NCBI GenBank assembly: GCA_036679645.1
Contig: JAZDCY010000011.1
Coordinates: forward strand, 64,001 to 128,000
Reading direction: 5' to 3'
DNA length: 64,000 bases
Source: Gemmatimonadota bacterium
Lineage (GTDB): Bacteria > Gemmatimonadota > Gemmatimonadetes > Gemmatimonadales > GWC2-71-9
In this document: one piece after another, positions 48,072 to 58,102 of the stretch
Position numbering within the stretch: position 1 is the stretch's first letter
How the letters are laid out: each line of letters opens with the position of its first letter
The notes under the pieces: model-generated
Told to the model about the DNA's origin: nothing
Database searches by the model: none
Seen by the model: the letters and a program-made list of their open reading frames with translations, nothing else
Made by a program: the position numbers and the translations under genes

Positions 48072-49751
48072 CTATTCGCGATTCCAGCCCGTCCAGCCGG
48101 GGCCGCGCACCACACGGCCCGGCAACGCTCCCGTGTGCTCCTCGTCGCGCAGGACGATCTCGCCGTTCACTACGACGTGCTGGACGCCCGTCGCCAACTG
48201 GTGCGGTTCCGCGAACGTCGCGTGATCCGCGATCGTCGCGGGGTCGAACACCACTACGTCCGCAAAGTATCCCGGTTCCAATCGTCCGCGCTGCCGAATC
48301 CGTAGGTTCTCGGCGGGCAGCGAAGTGAGACGTCGGATCGCTTCGCCGAGGGGAGTCACCCCCTCCTCGCGCACGTACCTGCCGAGCAGCCGCGCGAAAT
48401 TGCCATAGGCCCGGGGATGTGGGTTCGAGCGCAAGAAGACGCCCTCCGGCGCCGGGGAGCCCGCGTCCGAACCGAAACTCACCCACGGCAACGCTATCTG
48501 GCGCCGGATATTCTCCTCAGACATCAGGAAATACACCGTCCCGACTCGACTGTCATCCTGCACCACGAGATCCATCGCCGTCTCTTCAACGGACGTGCCG
48601 CGCATCTCGGACACTTCGGCGAGTGTCTTACCCGTCAGGTACTTGAGTGAATCCTGCCTGAAGGCGACGAGCAATACGTTTTCCGGCGTGCCCGCCGCGA
48701 GCAGGAGGTTTTCCCACTCGTCGGTAGGTGTCCGCATCTCTCGCGCGATGCGCGCACGGATGTCCGGGTCGCGTAGCCGCTCCTCCCATGCGTCCTGTCC
48801 GCCCTCTTGCACCCACGGTGGCATGGCCGCGTCGAGACCCGTGGCGCCCGCGGGGTAGTTGTACATGTCCGCTGTAATACGGAGACCGTTGGCGCGCGCC
48901 GTTTCTACGCGCTCAATCACCTGCTCCATCTTGGGCCAGTTCTCCCGGCCTCCGGCCTTGAGGTGGTAGATCTCCGCCGGGACGTTCCCGTCGCGCGCGA
49001 TGGTAATGAGCTCCTCGACCGCCTCCAGTAGCCGGTTTCCTTCGCTCCGCATGTGCGAGATGTACATACCGCCATACTCGGCGGCGACCTTGTTGAGTTC
49101 GATCAATTCATCGGTCTCGGCGTAAAAGGCCGGCGCGTAGATGAGCGACGATCCGATGCCGAGGGCTCCTTCTTCCATACCCTGGCGCACGAGCGCGCGC
49201 ATCCCGTCCAACTCGTCGGCTGTCGGGGGCCGATCGTCGTAGCCGATCTCGTGAATGCGCAGCGTGGTCGCGCCCAGGAACGACGCGATGTTGGGCGAGA
49301 TGCCCCGCTCCACGAGATGGTCCAGGTACTCGCCCAACGTGGTCCAGGGAATGTCGAACGTGATGTCGCCCTGTTGTTCGATTTCCTCGGCCCGCATCGC
49401 GTCCGTGAGCGGTCCCATCGACCAGCCCTCTCCAAAGACCTCCAGCGTCACGCCCTGGCGAATATCGCTGAGCGAGCGCCCGTCCTCGATCAGGCTCACG
49501 GTAGCCCAACTGAGCATGTTGATGAAACCGGGCGAGACGGCGAGCCCCGCCGCGTCCATCACCACGGCCGCCGACGCGTCGGCAAAATCGCCGATACCCG
49601 CAATCGTGTCGCCGCTGATGGCCACGTCGGCCGGATACGGGTCCCCACCGGACCCGTCGTACACGGTCCCTCCGCGGATGATGATGTCGTAATCAGGGGT
49701 GCATGCCGTGGCTGCGAGAGCCAGGCACAGCGCCCTAGCGCATCGGTGCAT
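48072..49751 (-). CDS. N-acyl-D-amino-acid deacylase (D-aminoacylase) family lipoprotein
   Basis: PGFINMLSW, SHMRSEG, FGSD, PHPRAYG, ADVVVFDP. Confidence 0.9.
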   Translation of the reverse strand: MHRCARALCLALAATACTPDYDIIIRGGTVYDGSGGDPYPADVAISGDTIAGIGDFADASAAVVMDAAGLAVSPGFINMLSWATVSLIEDGRSLSDIRQGVTLEVFGEGWSMGPLTDAMRAEEIEQQGDITFDIPWTTLGEYLDHLVERGISPNIASFLGATTLRIHEIGYDDRPPTADELDGMRALVRQGMEEGALGIGSSLIYAPAFYAETDELIELNKVAAEYGGMYISHMRSEGNRLLEAVEELITIARDGNVPAEIYHLKAGGRENWPKMEQVIERVETARANGLRITADMYNYPAGATGLDAAMPPWVQEGGQDAWEERLRDPDIRARIAREMRTPTDEWENLLLAAGTPENVLLVAFRQDSLKYLTGKTLAEVSEMRGTSVEETAMDLVVQDDSRVGTVYFLMSEENIRRQIALPWVSFGSDAGSPAPEGVFLRSNPHPRAYGNFARLLGRYVREEGVTPLGEAIRRLTSLPAENLRIRQRGRLEPGYFADVVVFDPATIADHATFAEPHQLATGVQHVVVNGEIVLRDEEHTGALPGRVVRGPGWTGWNRE

Positions 49752-49808
49752 GTGTTCGGCCTTTGGTGCGGTTGGGTGAGAGACTTACTACTTGCGGAGT
49801 AGCATCGC

Positions 49809-49842
49809 AACACGCCCCGGCGGTTAGTTGCCGGGGGTGTTT
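49809..49842 (-). terminator. Hairpin/terminator downstream of the cupredoxin gene
   Basis: AACACGCCCCGGC...GCCGGGGGTGTT imperfect stem. Confidence 0.55.
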
Positions 49843-49906
49843 CCCATCTCGTCGCACCAGGGGCAGACGCGGATCTGGCGCAGAGTCGCCACCTGCCCCG
49901 TCATCG

Positions 49907-50311
49907 TCATTGGACGGTGATTGTCCCGGTCATGCCCATCGTCTGATGGGGAGTGCACACGAAGTCGTACGTCCCCTCGACGAAACGGGTATCGACCACG
50001 AGGTCATAGGTCTGACCGAGCGTCGTGAGGAACGGACCCATGGCCGCGGTACCGAGGTCCGATCCCTCGGGGACGTCCTTGAACTCGACGTTGTGAGGCA
50101 TCTGCCCGGTCTGCTCGAAGCGAATGGTATCGCCGGGACTCACCATGATTTCGGCGGGCTCGAACCGGTACTCGGTCGCCGAGACGTCGACCATCTTCAC
50201 GACGATGGTCTGCGGAGTGGTGGCGCGCTCTGACTGCGCGCTCCCGAGAAGTGACATTGCCGCCAACGCAATCACTGCTACCGTTGCCGCTATGGCTGCT
50301 TTGCGAAGCAT
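49907..50311 (-). CDS. Plastocyanin/azurin-family blue copper protein
   Basis: Signal peptide; PHNV and CTPHQTMGM type-1 Cu ligands. Confidence 0.93.
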   Translation of the reverse strand: MLRKAAIAATVAVIALAAMSLLGSAQSERATTPQTIVVKMVDVSATEYRFEPAEIMVSPGDTIRFEQTGQMPHNVEFKDVPEGSDLGTAAMGPFLTTLGQTYDLVVDTRFVEGTYDFVCTPHQTMGMTGTITVQ

Positions 50312-50445
50312 CTGTGAGACTTCCTCCGTGATGGTGTTGGATCCGTGCGGGTCGGGGCGTGCGAGCAGGAGGCTCGATCGCCAATTATGAAGTTTTTCCT
50401 TCCCCTAGATATTGCGCACTGCTCTTGTGTGCATTCGCACAAATG

Positions 50446-50607
50446 GCAGGAAGCGTGCCGATCTGTTTGTTGCAACAAGGTTGTTTCAGGACACTATGTT
50501 ATGCCGATCGAACCCGGGCGGGCGGCACGGGAGTGGGACCTGCAGCGTCACATTAAAGGCGGGAGATGTCGCAGTCGGGACTGACGGGGAATGTCTCAGT
50601 CGGGACT
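50446..50607 (-). promoter_or_regulatory. sigma54 promoter plus tandem enhancer sites
   Basis: Minus strand CGGCAC-GCTTC-CTGC (50446-50461); 17-bp direct repeat ATGTC(G/T)CAGTCGGGACT at 50566-50582 and 50591-50607. Confidence 0.7.
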
Positions 50608-51951
50608 CTAGAATGCGATGTCCGATCGAAGCCAGACAGTTGTGCCCTGAGATCGTTCCCCAATGACTGCCTCGATCGCGACCCTGATATTCTGTCTCAG
50701 GAGGGCGATGACGCCGGGGAGCAGGCGCGTGTCCCGGCCGGCGCCGATCGCATCGAACCCGACGGCTGAGGGGTCGATCCTCGTGTCGAAACGGTCCAGC
50801 TTCATCGACCCGATGAGCCACGGAAAGAGCATGAACTCGCCCTTGGCAAACACCGACGTATGGCGGAGCCCGACGCCGGCGCCCCACGGGTCGTCGTGGT
50901 CTCCGCGCACCCAACCGAGGCCGACATCCAGCGGTCCGTACAGGACCCGGGCGCTCACCCCGAAAGCACGGTGGGGGTCTTCACCCGCGATCCCGTTTGG
51001 TTCTCGTCCGATGTATCCGAAGTGCTCGATCGTGAGCGAACGGTCGAGGAGCTGGCCCCCGCTTCCCAGGACAGGCCGCCCGCCCTCGTCATACGTCCCG
51101 TCGAGGCCGAGCCCCCAAAGCTTGTAGCGGACCTTGTAGAAGAAATCCATGAAGTTGTTGTTGTCTTCCGTGGCGCGACCCGCGCCCTGCGCCAGACCCA
51201 CGCCGTAGTACAACCGTCCTCCCACGAGGCCATTCAGTTCGATGGCCGGTGTGGTTCGGCGGAGTTGAAATGCGTTGCTCGACGGCAGGATCTGTCCCGT
51301 TACGTTATCGCGGAGTTCCACGTCGGTGGCGGCGAAACGCTGCCACGCGAACACCTCTCGCGCCGCACGGTCGATCTGCCGGTCGGCGAAGGTGAAGAGG
51401 TACAGGTTCTGCAAGCCAAACCAGAGGTTCGCGGCCCGGGAGGGCAGCCAGGGAATCAGGTTCTGTATCTTGATCTTCGCCTGAACCACCTCGAGGCCGT
51501 TCTCCCGGGTCCATTCCGTCTCGAGGAAGGCCGAGAACGTCTCACCCAGCGTGCCCCCTGCCAGCAGGTACACCTCGTGCGGAAACCGGTAGCTGTAGCT
51601 GTAGTCTCCGTTGGCGTCCCGAGAGACGCGCACGTCGTTCTGGAGGCGGATCGACACCGGAGAGGCCCCGGGTATTTCCCCGGGCCAGATGGCGCGCGGC
51701 CAGAGATCGCGCCAAGGGTCTTCGCCGAGCGGAACGGGTTCCTCGCGGCGCAACAGAACGTCATTCTCGGGGAACCGGTATCCGTTCAGCCGGAATGCCT
51801 CGCCCATCACGTTCAACTTCGGGGCGGCGATGTGGCAGGTGGAACAGCTCGTTCGGTACTTGCGCGCGAATGCGGGGATGCCTCCATGTGTCGCGTGCAG
51901 TGGAGGCGTTGACGCCGTTGTCGCCAGCAGGGCGAGGAGCGTGAGTTGCAC
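50608..51951 (-). CDS. Outer-membrane beta-barrel with an N-terminal CxxCH heme motif
   Basis: IPAFARKYRTSCSTCH...GEAFRLNGY; C-terminal Phe. Confidence 0.8.
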   Translation of the reverse strand: MQLTLLALLATTASTPPLHATHGGIPAFARKYRTSCSTCHIAAPKLNVMGEAFRLNGYRFPENDVLLRREEPVPLGEDPWRDLWPRAIWPGEIPGASPVSIRLQNDVRVSRDANGDYSYSYRFPHEVYLLAGGTLGETFSAFLETEWTRENGLEVVQAKIKIQNLIPWLPSRAANLWFGLQNLYLFTFADRQIDRAAREVFAWQRFAATDVELRDNVTGQILPSSNAFQLRRTTPAIELNGLVGGRLYYGVGLAQGAGRATEDNNNFMDFFYKVRYKLWGLGLDGTYDEGGRPVLGSGGQLLDRSLTIEHFGYIGREPNGIAGEDPHRAFGVSARVLYGPLDVGLGWVRGDHDDPWGAGVGLRHTSVFAKGEFMLFPWLIGSMKLDRFDTRIDPSAVGFDAIGAGRDTRLLPGVIALLRQNIRVAIEAVIGERSQGTTVWLRSDIAF

Positions 51952-51957
51952 GGTGCG

Positions 51958-52548
51958 TTACCTCCGCGTGAGCCGCAGTTCGAGGCGCGTGGGTTCGCCG
52001 GGGCTCACGACAAGGGCTCGACGGAACGGGCGGGTCCGGCGGTGCCAGATGTGGAGCTGGTAAGAGCCGGGAGGAACGTCGGGAATCACAAAGCGTCCGG
52101 TCCGATCGGCAACGGCGTGGAAGGGTGTCGGCACCGTGACGACGTACGCGACCATCTCCGGGTGAACGTGGCAGAGTATGACGTGGCTTCCCATCTCCGT
52201 GAACGTGTGCGGCCGCTCCTCCCCACGCGGGTACGTCCCGAGGTCGAACGCCGGCTCGGCGCCTGCGGGGTGGAAGACGTTATGGAAGACGGGGTCGCTG
52301 TTCCGGAATCGGATCGTCAGGCCCGGTTGACCGACCAACACCCGGGGCATGAATCGGAGATTGGTCTGATCGATCATGAGTGTCTCGGGGAGAGCTGCGA
52401 ACGACCCGCCCGGGTTCGGTACGAGATAGGCCACCGCGCCGCGCGTTCGCACGTTCGCTGCCGTGAGGACGCCCTCGACCTGCGTCGTTTGCGCCGTGGA
52501 CGTTGCGGCCCACGAGGCCAGGAGCGCGATGGCACCGGCGGCCTTCAA
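51958..52548 (-). CDS. Cupredoxin-like / carboxypeptidase-regulatory-like secreted protein
   Basis: FRNSDPVFHNVF, CHVHPEM, DVPPGSY. Confidence 0.8.
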   Translation of the reverse strand: MKAAGAIALLASWAATSTAQTTQVEGVLTAANVRTRGAVAYLVPNPGGSFAALPETLMIDQTNLRFMPRVLVGQPGLTIRFRNSDPVFHNVFHPAGAEPAFDLGTYPRGEERPHTFTEMGSHVILCHVHPEMVAYVVTVPTPFHAVADRTGRFVIPDVPPGSYQLHIWHRRTRPFRRALVVSPGEPTRLELRLTRR

Positions 52549-53933
52549 TCGCGCTCCGGTGGGGTGGTCGTCTCGGCCGTGTCACCGGCTAACCAGCGGT
52601 GCAACGTGCGCCGGCTCACGCCAGCCGTGACGGCGGCACGGGAGATGTTGCCATCGTGATGGGCCAGCAGGCGTTGGATGTATGCGCGCCGGAACGCGAT
52701 GATCGCCTTCTCGCGGGCGGTCGCATACGGTGGCGGGACTTCCTCGGCCGGGCCGTCTGCCCAACCGCGCACGACGTCGGGCAGATCGGATACCGTGATC
52801 CGGCCGTCGTCATCCATCACCACGAGCCGCTGCGCCAGGTTGCGCAACTCACGCACGTTGCCCGGCCACCTATACGCTTCGAGCGCCGTCCACGCCTCGG
52901 GGGACACGCGAGGGGGATCCCGTCCCGCCTCGTCCGCGAACCGTTTGAGGAACGCGTGCACGAGCAGCGGCAGGTCGCCGGTTCGGACGCGGAGGGGGGG
53001 GACGTCGAGCTGGACGACGTTGAGCCGGTAGAACAGATCCTGGCGAAACAGGCCTCGGTTCACAGCCTTGGTCAGGTCGATATTCGTGGCCGCCACCAGG
53101 CGGATGTCGATTGCCGCGAGCGACGTGCTCCCTACTGGTCGTACCTGCCGCTCCTCGAGCGCCCGTAGCAACTTCGCTTGGAGGCTTCCGGGCAATTCCC
53201 CGACCTCGTCCAGAAAAACCGTCCCACCGCTCGCGGCGACGAACAGTCCCACTTTTCGCGTGACAGCTCCGGTAAACGCGCCCCGCTCGTGGCCAAACAA
53301 TTCACTCTCGAGCAATGCCTCGGGTAATGCGGCACAGTCGAGGGGTACGAAGGGGCCGGAGCGCCGCTTGCTATGTTGGTGGATAGATCGTGCGACGAGT
53401 TCCTTCCCGGTTCCGCTCTCGCCGGCGATGAGCACGTTTGCCTCCGATGGAGCGACGCGTTCCACTTGCTCCAGCAAACGGGTGATGGCAGGTGATGCCC
53501 CGATGATCGGGTCAAAGCCTCGGCCTTCCACCCGTTCGCGCAGTTCGCGGTTCTCGATCGTCAATCCTCTGTACCGCACGGCGCGTTCGACCGTGACCAC
53601 GAGTTGCTCCCGCGAGAACGGCTTGCCGATGTAGTCGAATGCTCCCTCGCGAATGGCCTGAACCGCCGACGTGACCGTCGCGTATGCCGTCATGATGATC
53701 ACGGGAAGCATTGGGTCTACCGCCAGCGCGGCGGCGAGTACTGTCATCCCGTCCACCTCAGGCATCCGGAGGTCGAGGAGCAGCACATCCGGGGAGGACG
53801 CCGCGAGCGCGTCGTGGAGTTGCGTGGGGTCGTTGAGCGTATGCGGCACAAACCCCGCGTGCGAGAGGAGGCGACGGCAGTTCTCCAGCATGTCCGGCTC
53901 GTCGTCGATCACCAGGACGCTGGCTCGACTCAC
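52545..53933 (-). CDS. sigma54-dependent response regulator (NtrC family)
   Basis: REC domain, GESGTGKE, GAFTGA, WPGNVREL, Fis HTH. Confidence 0.96.
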   Translation of the reverse strand: MSRASVLVIDDEPDMLENCRRLLSHAGFVPHTLNDPTQLHDALAASSPDVLLLDLRMPEVDGMTVLAAALAVDPMLPVIIMTAYATVTSAVQAIREGAFDYIGKPFSREQLVVTVERAVRYRGLTIENRELRERVEGRGFDPIIGASPAITRLLEQVERVAPSEANVLIAGESGTGKELVARSIHQHSKRRSGPFVPLDCAALPEALLESELFGHERGAFTGAVTRKVGLFVAASGGTVFLDEVGELPGSLQAKLLRALEERQVRPVGSTSLAAIDIRLVAATNIDLTKAVNRGLFRQDLFYRLNVVQLDVPPLRVRTGDLPLLVHAFLKRFADEAGRDPPRVSPEAWTALEAYRWPGNVRELRNLAQRLVVMDDDGRITVSDLPDVVRGWADGPAEEVPPPYATAREKAIIAFRRAYIQRLLAHHDGNISRAAVTAGVSRRTLHRWLAGDTAETTTPPERD

Positions 53934-56215
53934 GCGTCACCTCCGGCAGCGGGCTTGAGCGCCGCCACGAACACGCTCCCGGACCCGTGAGGGGAACCCT
54001 CGACCCAGATGTGCCCACCATGTCGCTCCACGATGCTGCGGCAGAGCGAGAGTCCCAATCCCGTGCCGCGCACCCCCTTCGTCGTGAAGAATGGCTCGAA
54101 AATCCGCTCACGCAGCTCATCTGGAACGCCCACCCCATCATCGGCGACTCGCAGTTCGACCAAGTCCCGCGAAGGATCGTGGCGGGTTGTGATCGTAATC
54201 GTGCCTCCCGACGGCATCGCATCGGCCGCGTTCAGCAGTAGGTTCATGCACACGGTCTCCAGGGCGCTGGCACTTCCTATGACAGGTGGGGGCTCCGTTT
54301 CCCGGACCACATCGATCCGGATGTGGCGGCCAATCAGCGTGCGCTCGAGCAGGTGCGCGAGGCGTCCCGCTACGTCGCCCAGGTTGACCTGACCGGGTTG
54401 CTCATCGCCATCGCGAGCGAACCGCAACAGGTCGCGAGTGGTGTCGCTGAGGCGCGTAGTATGGTCGCGCAACACGGCTAGATCGCCGCGGAGACTGGCG
54501 TGCTCCGGGAGCGACTCGATCTCGGCTTCCATGCACTCGAGACGGTTCGTGATAATGGCCAGCGGGTTATTGATCTCGTGGGCAATGCCGGCGGCCATGA
54601 CACTGATGGCGGCGAGTCGCTCGGACCGCCGCATGTGATCCTCGACCTTAGCCTGCAGGCTCGTGTCACGGAAGATCAGCGACATCCCGTGCGGGGTGCC
54701 GGCGTCGTCAGTGATGACCGTCTCGGTCACGCTCACCGGAATCAGCTTCCCGCCTTTGACCGTGCGCTGCGCCTGGAGATTGACCACGGCGCCCGTACGC
54801 GCGAGTTCGCGGTCGAGGTACTCCCGTTCGGCCTGCGCCTCGGAGCTGGTCGGCGTGAGGAGCTCGTCGACGTTCCGGCCGATCGCTTCCTGGGCAGCGT
54901 ACCCGAACAAGCGTTCGGCGCCGCGGTTCCAGACGCGAACCCGCCGCTCGTCATCCGTCCCGACGATGGCGTCCGCCGAGTGGGCGAGGATGTCAGTGAG
55001 TTCGGCATGCGCTGTTTGCAGTTCGCGGGTACGCCGGGCGACCACCTCTTCTAGTTCCCGACGATGTGCGGTCAGCGTCTCGGCCATGAGCGCAAAGTCC
55101 GTCGCGAACTCCTCGAGTTCGTCATTGGTCTGGATGGTGAGCGGGGGCGGGATCTCTCCTCTCGCGAGACGGGCGGCTCCCTCGCGCAGTTGATATATCG
55201 GTTCCGTCATTTGCCGCGCGGCGAGCATCGCCAGCGCCGAGACGACGATCACGATCAGTGATCCCGCGATGACGGTCCAGCTCAAGAACTGCCGGACCGG
55301 GGCCTTGATCGTGGACAGCGGAACGGCACGGGCGAGCGTGAGCGGCGCCCCGTACTGTCCGAGGTCGACGCTGGCCAAGCTCACGAGCTGACTGCGCCAG
55401 GCCTGCGTCGTGGGTGTCCGCCCGCCGTTGCGGCGTTGGGACGTGTCAGTCATTGCCAGCCAGCCCGTGTCCAGGTCTTCGGCCAACAGGCTCCGCCAGT
55501 CCCGCTTGCGCTCGGAGTGGTAGAGGATCAATCCGCTCGAGTCGAGGAGAACGGTCGTGCCAGGCAGTTCCGGCGAGTGGTTGTCGAGATCGCCGAATAC
55601 GACGCTCGCAAACGCCTCACCGACGACTGCACCGTGGAACACGCCGCTCGAATCCCGCACGGCAACGACGACGGCAATGGCAGGCACCGGAGTCGAGACG
55701 CCCGCCGCATCGCGTGCCGCCCGGAGCTCAACGGGCATCGTCAGATGGTCGCCCTCTCCGAGTTCCCGCGCGCGGTGGATGTAATAGAACCCGCTGACGT
55801 CATCGTCCGGAGCGCCGTCTGCCTGTATGGATGATGTCCCTGCGCGAAAGACGATCGTTCCGTCGTCAGAGATAACGCGGACCTGAAAGAGCGCCGGGTG
55901 CCGCTCGACGAACTCGGTGACGGTTTGTGTCAGGTGCGCCCCGGTGTCACGAGGTATGAGGACCGTCGCCTCGAGCAGAGCCTCAGAGAGAAACTCCACA
56001 TCGTACTGAACGCGCGTCAGCAGCTGCTCGGCCTGTGTACGCGCCGTGGTCACGTCGTGCTCGAGAGTTGCCTGGGCCCGGGCTCGCAGCCGGGGAACCG
56101 CGACGCCCGCGGCGACGACGGCCAGCAACGCAACGGGAAGCGTCGCAAGCGAGGCAAAGGCGATGCTCAGCTTCGCGCGGATCGACAAGCGGGGGAAGAG
56201 CTTGTTGAGGTTCAC
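53930..56215 (-). CDS. Sensor histidine kinase (Cache-like/HAMP/PAS)
   Basis: AHEINNPL, NLLLNA, FEPFFTTK, GTGLGL. Confidence 0.95.
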   Translation of the reverse strand: MNLNKLFPRLSIRAKLSIAFASLATLPVALLAVVAAGVAVPRLRARAQATLEHDVTTARTQAEQLLTRVQYDVEFLSEALLEATVLIPRDTGAHLTQTVTEFVERHPALFQVRVISDDGTIVFRAGTSSIQADGAPDDDVSGFYYIHRARELGEGDHLTMPVELRAARDAAGVSTPVPAIAVVVAVRDSSGVFHGAVVGEAFASVVFGDLDNHSPELPGTTVLLDSSGLILYHSERKRDWRSLLAEDLDTGWLAMTDTSQRRNGGRTPTTQAWRSQLVSLASVDLGQYGAPLTLARAVPLSTIKAPVRQFLSWTVIAGSLIVIVVSALAMLAARQMTEPIYQLREGAARLARGEIPPPLTIQTNDELEEFATDFALMAETLTAHRRELEEVVARRTRELQTAHAELTDILAHSADAIVGTDDERRVRVWNRGAERLFGYAAQEAIGRNVDELLTPTSSEAQAEREYLDRELARTGAVVNLQAQRTVKGGKLIPVSVTETVITDDAGTPHGMSLIFRDTSLQAKVEDHMRRSERLAAISVMAAGIAHEINNPLAIITNRLECMEAEIESLPEHASLRGDLAVLRDHTTRLSDTTRDLLRFARDGDEQPGQVNLGDVAGRLAHLLERTLIGRHIRIDVVRETEPPPVIGSASALETVCMNLLLNAADAMPSGGTITITTRHDPSRDLVELRVADDGVGVPDELRERIFEPFFTTKGVRGTGLGLSLCRSIVERHGGHIWVEGSPHGSGSVFVAALKPAAGGDA

Positions 56216-56347
56216 GCGAGATGCCTCCGATACCCGAGCAGTAGAGTTGTTTATACTCCTTTGCCCTTAATTCGCGTGCAGCCGCTCGTGAAGAATCCTT
56301 CAGGAGCGCCATTGCCGCGACGAGACTCATCGGGGCATTCTTCCCGC

Positions 56348-58102
56348 GTGCCGCAGACCTTTGCCGTTCCCGCGACCACCGCCGCCGAGTTGGCTGCGGT
56401 GTTCCTCCAGGCCGCCGTGACCCTTGGCCTGGCGGCGCTCTTCACGGTCCTCTGGCGCCGCTACGGCAAACCCTACTTTGGCTGGTTCTCCCTCGCCTGG
56501 TTCCTCTACCTGTTGCGCTTGGGCGCGATCACCAGCTTTCTGCTCAGCGAGAACTGGATCTGGCTGTACTGGCATCAGGTGGTCACGGGCTGGACCGCGC
56601 TGGTGCTGCTCTGGGCGGCGCTGGTTTTTTCGCGCCAGTTCCGCTGGCACCCGCAGTACCTCGCGGCCGTACTGTTCCCGCCGCTCTGGTCGTACGTGGC
56701 GATCTACCGCATGGACAACTTCCTCCTCGCAGCGGGACCGGCCGTCGGGTTCCTGAGCCTTGCCACCATGTGGACCGGATGGTCGTTCTTCCGTCACTAT
56801 CGGCGCGTCGGGGCCCGTGCGGCGGCCTTCCTTGCCGGCGCGCTGTTTCTGTGGGGATTGCACCACCTCGATTACCCGTTCCTGCGGGCGCGCGGCGCTT
56901 GGAACCCGTGGGGCTACTACATCGACCTGCTCTTCGTCCTGTCGATGGGAGCGGGAATCTTGCTTCTCGTCGTGGAAGATCTCCAGCGTGGTCTCGGCGC
57001 GCTGGTTGCCCTATCGAACGACCTGCAGCGGCGCGAGCCCGAAGACGACCTGCCCGGCGCATTGCTGACCCGCATCCTGTCGCTTGCCGGCGTGCGCGGC
57101 AGCGCGATGTACGTATGCAAGGACGGCACGATCCAGCACGTGCGCAGTGTCGGCGCGTGCGCCGCCTGGGAAGCAGCCGGACCGCCGGCCGCGGTCCGTG
57201 CGGTCATCAAACACATGCTCGAGACGGGGCAGCCGGAAACGGTCGGTGATAAGGTGTATCCCTTCGTCGCCTCGCTCCCCGTGCTCCGGGGCGATGTCGT
57301 GACCGGCTCGCTCGTTGTGGTGGGCGACGCGCGGGACCCCTTTGCGGCACTCGACAACCGGTTCCTTCTGGCCTTGGGACGCCAGGTGGGCGCGGCACTT
57401 GCGAACGTAGATCTCACGCACCGTCTCGAGACGCGTACGGCCGAACTCGAACGGCTCACGGCGCGGATGGTCCAGCAACACGAAAGCGAACGTCGCCGGT
57501 TGTCCCGCGAGTTGCACGACGAGACCGCGCAGGTTTTCTCTGCCGTCAAACTGCAACTGGGGATCCTACGCGAGTCGGCGACGCCGGATCTCGCGCCCCG
57601 GCTCGATCGCGCGCTCGAGTTGATCGATACCGGGATCACGGGAATCCGCAACGTGACACATTCACTACGGCCGCCACTGCTCGACGAGCTCGGTGCGCTG
57701 CCGGCCCTGCGGGCGCTCGTGGAAGAATGCCGGCAGGGGAGTGACCTGGCGATCGAATTCGAGGCACCCGATTGCCTGCCGCAACTCTCCGAACCCGCGG
57801 AGCTTGCGCTCTACCGTGCGCTGCAAGAAGGATTGGCCAACGTCCTGCGCCACGCCGACGCAACAAGCGTGCGGGTAGCGGTGGCGGCCACGAACGGCAC
57901 GCTGGAACTAGCGGTCACGGATGACGGAAGAGGTGTTTCGGCCGAGGGATCACTCGATGACCTCGAGCGACAGGGCCACATGGGGCTCGCGGGAATGCGG
58001 GAACGCATCGCGGCACTTGGCGGATCGGTTGTGATCTCGCGGGCGCCGACCGGAGGTACGTCGCTGGTGGTTCGCATACCCGCTCCCACATCGACGCCAT
58101 GA
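56348..58102 (+). CDS. Sensor histidine kinase (7TM-GAF-HisKA_3)
   Basis: ERRRLSRELHDE, QEGLANVLRHA, DDGRG, GLAGMRER. Confidence 0.92.
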   Translation: MPQTFAVPATTAAELAAVFLQAAVTLGLAALFTVLWRRYGKPYFGWFSLAWFLYLLRLGAITSFLLSENWIWLYWHQVVTGWTALVLLWAALVFSRQFRWHPQYLAAVLFPPLWSYVAIYRMDNFLLAAGPAVGFLSLATMWTGWSFFRHYRRVGARAAAFLAGALFLWGLHHLDYPFLRARGAWNPWGYYIDLLFVLSMGAGILLLVVEDLQRGLGALVALSNDLQRREPEDDLPGALLTRILSLAGVRGSAMYVCKDGTIQHVRSVGACAAWEAAGPPAAVRAVIKHMLETGQPETVGDKVYPFVASLPVLRGDVVTGSLVVVGDARDPFAALDNRFLLALGRQVGAALANVDLTHRLETRTAELERLTARMVQQHESERRRLSRELHDETAQVFSAVKLQLGILRESATPDLAPRLDRALELIDTGITGIRNVTHSLRPPLLDELGALPALRALVEECRQGSDLAIEFEAPDCLPQLSEPAELALYRALQEGLANVLRHADATSVRVAVAATNGTLELAVTDDGRGVSAEGSLDDLERQGHMGLAGMRERIAALGGSVVISRAPTGGTSLVVRIPAPTSTP

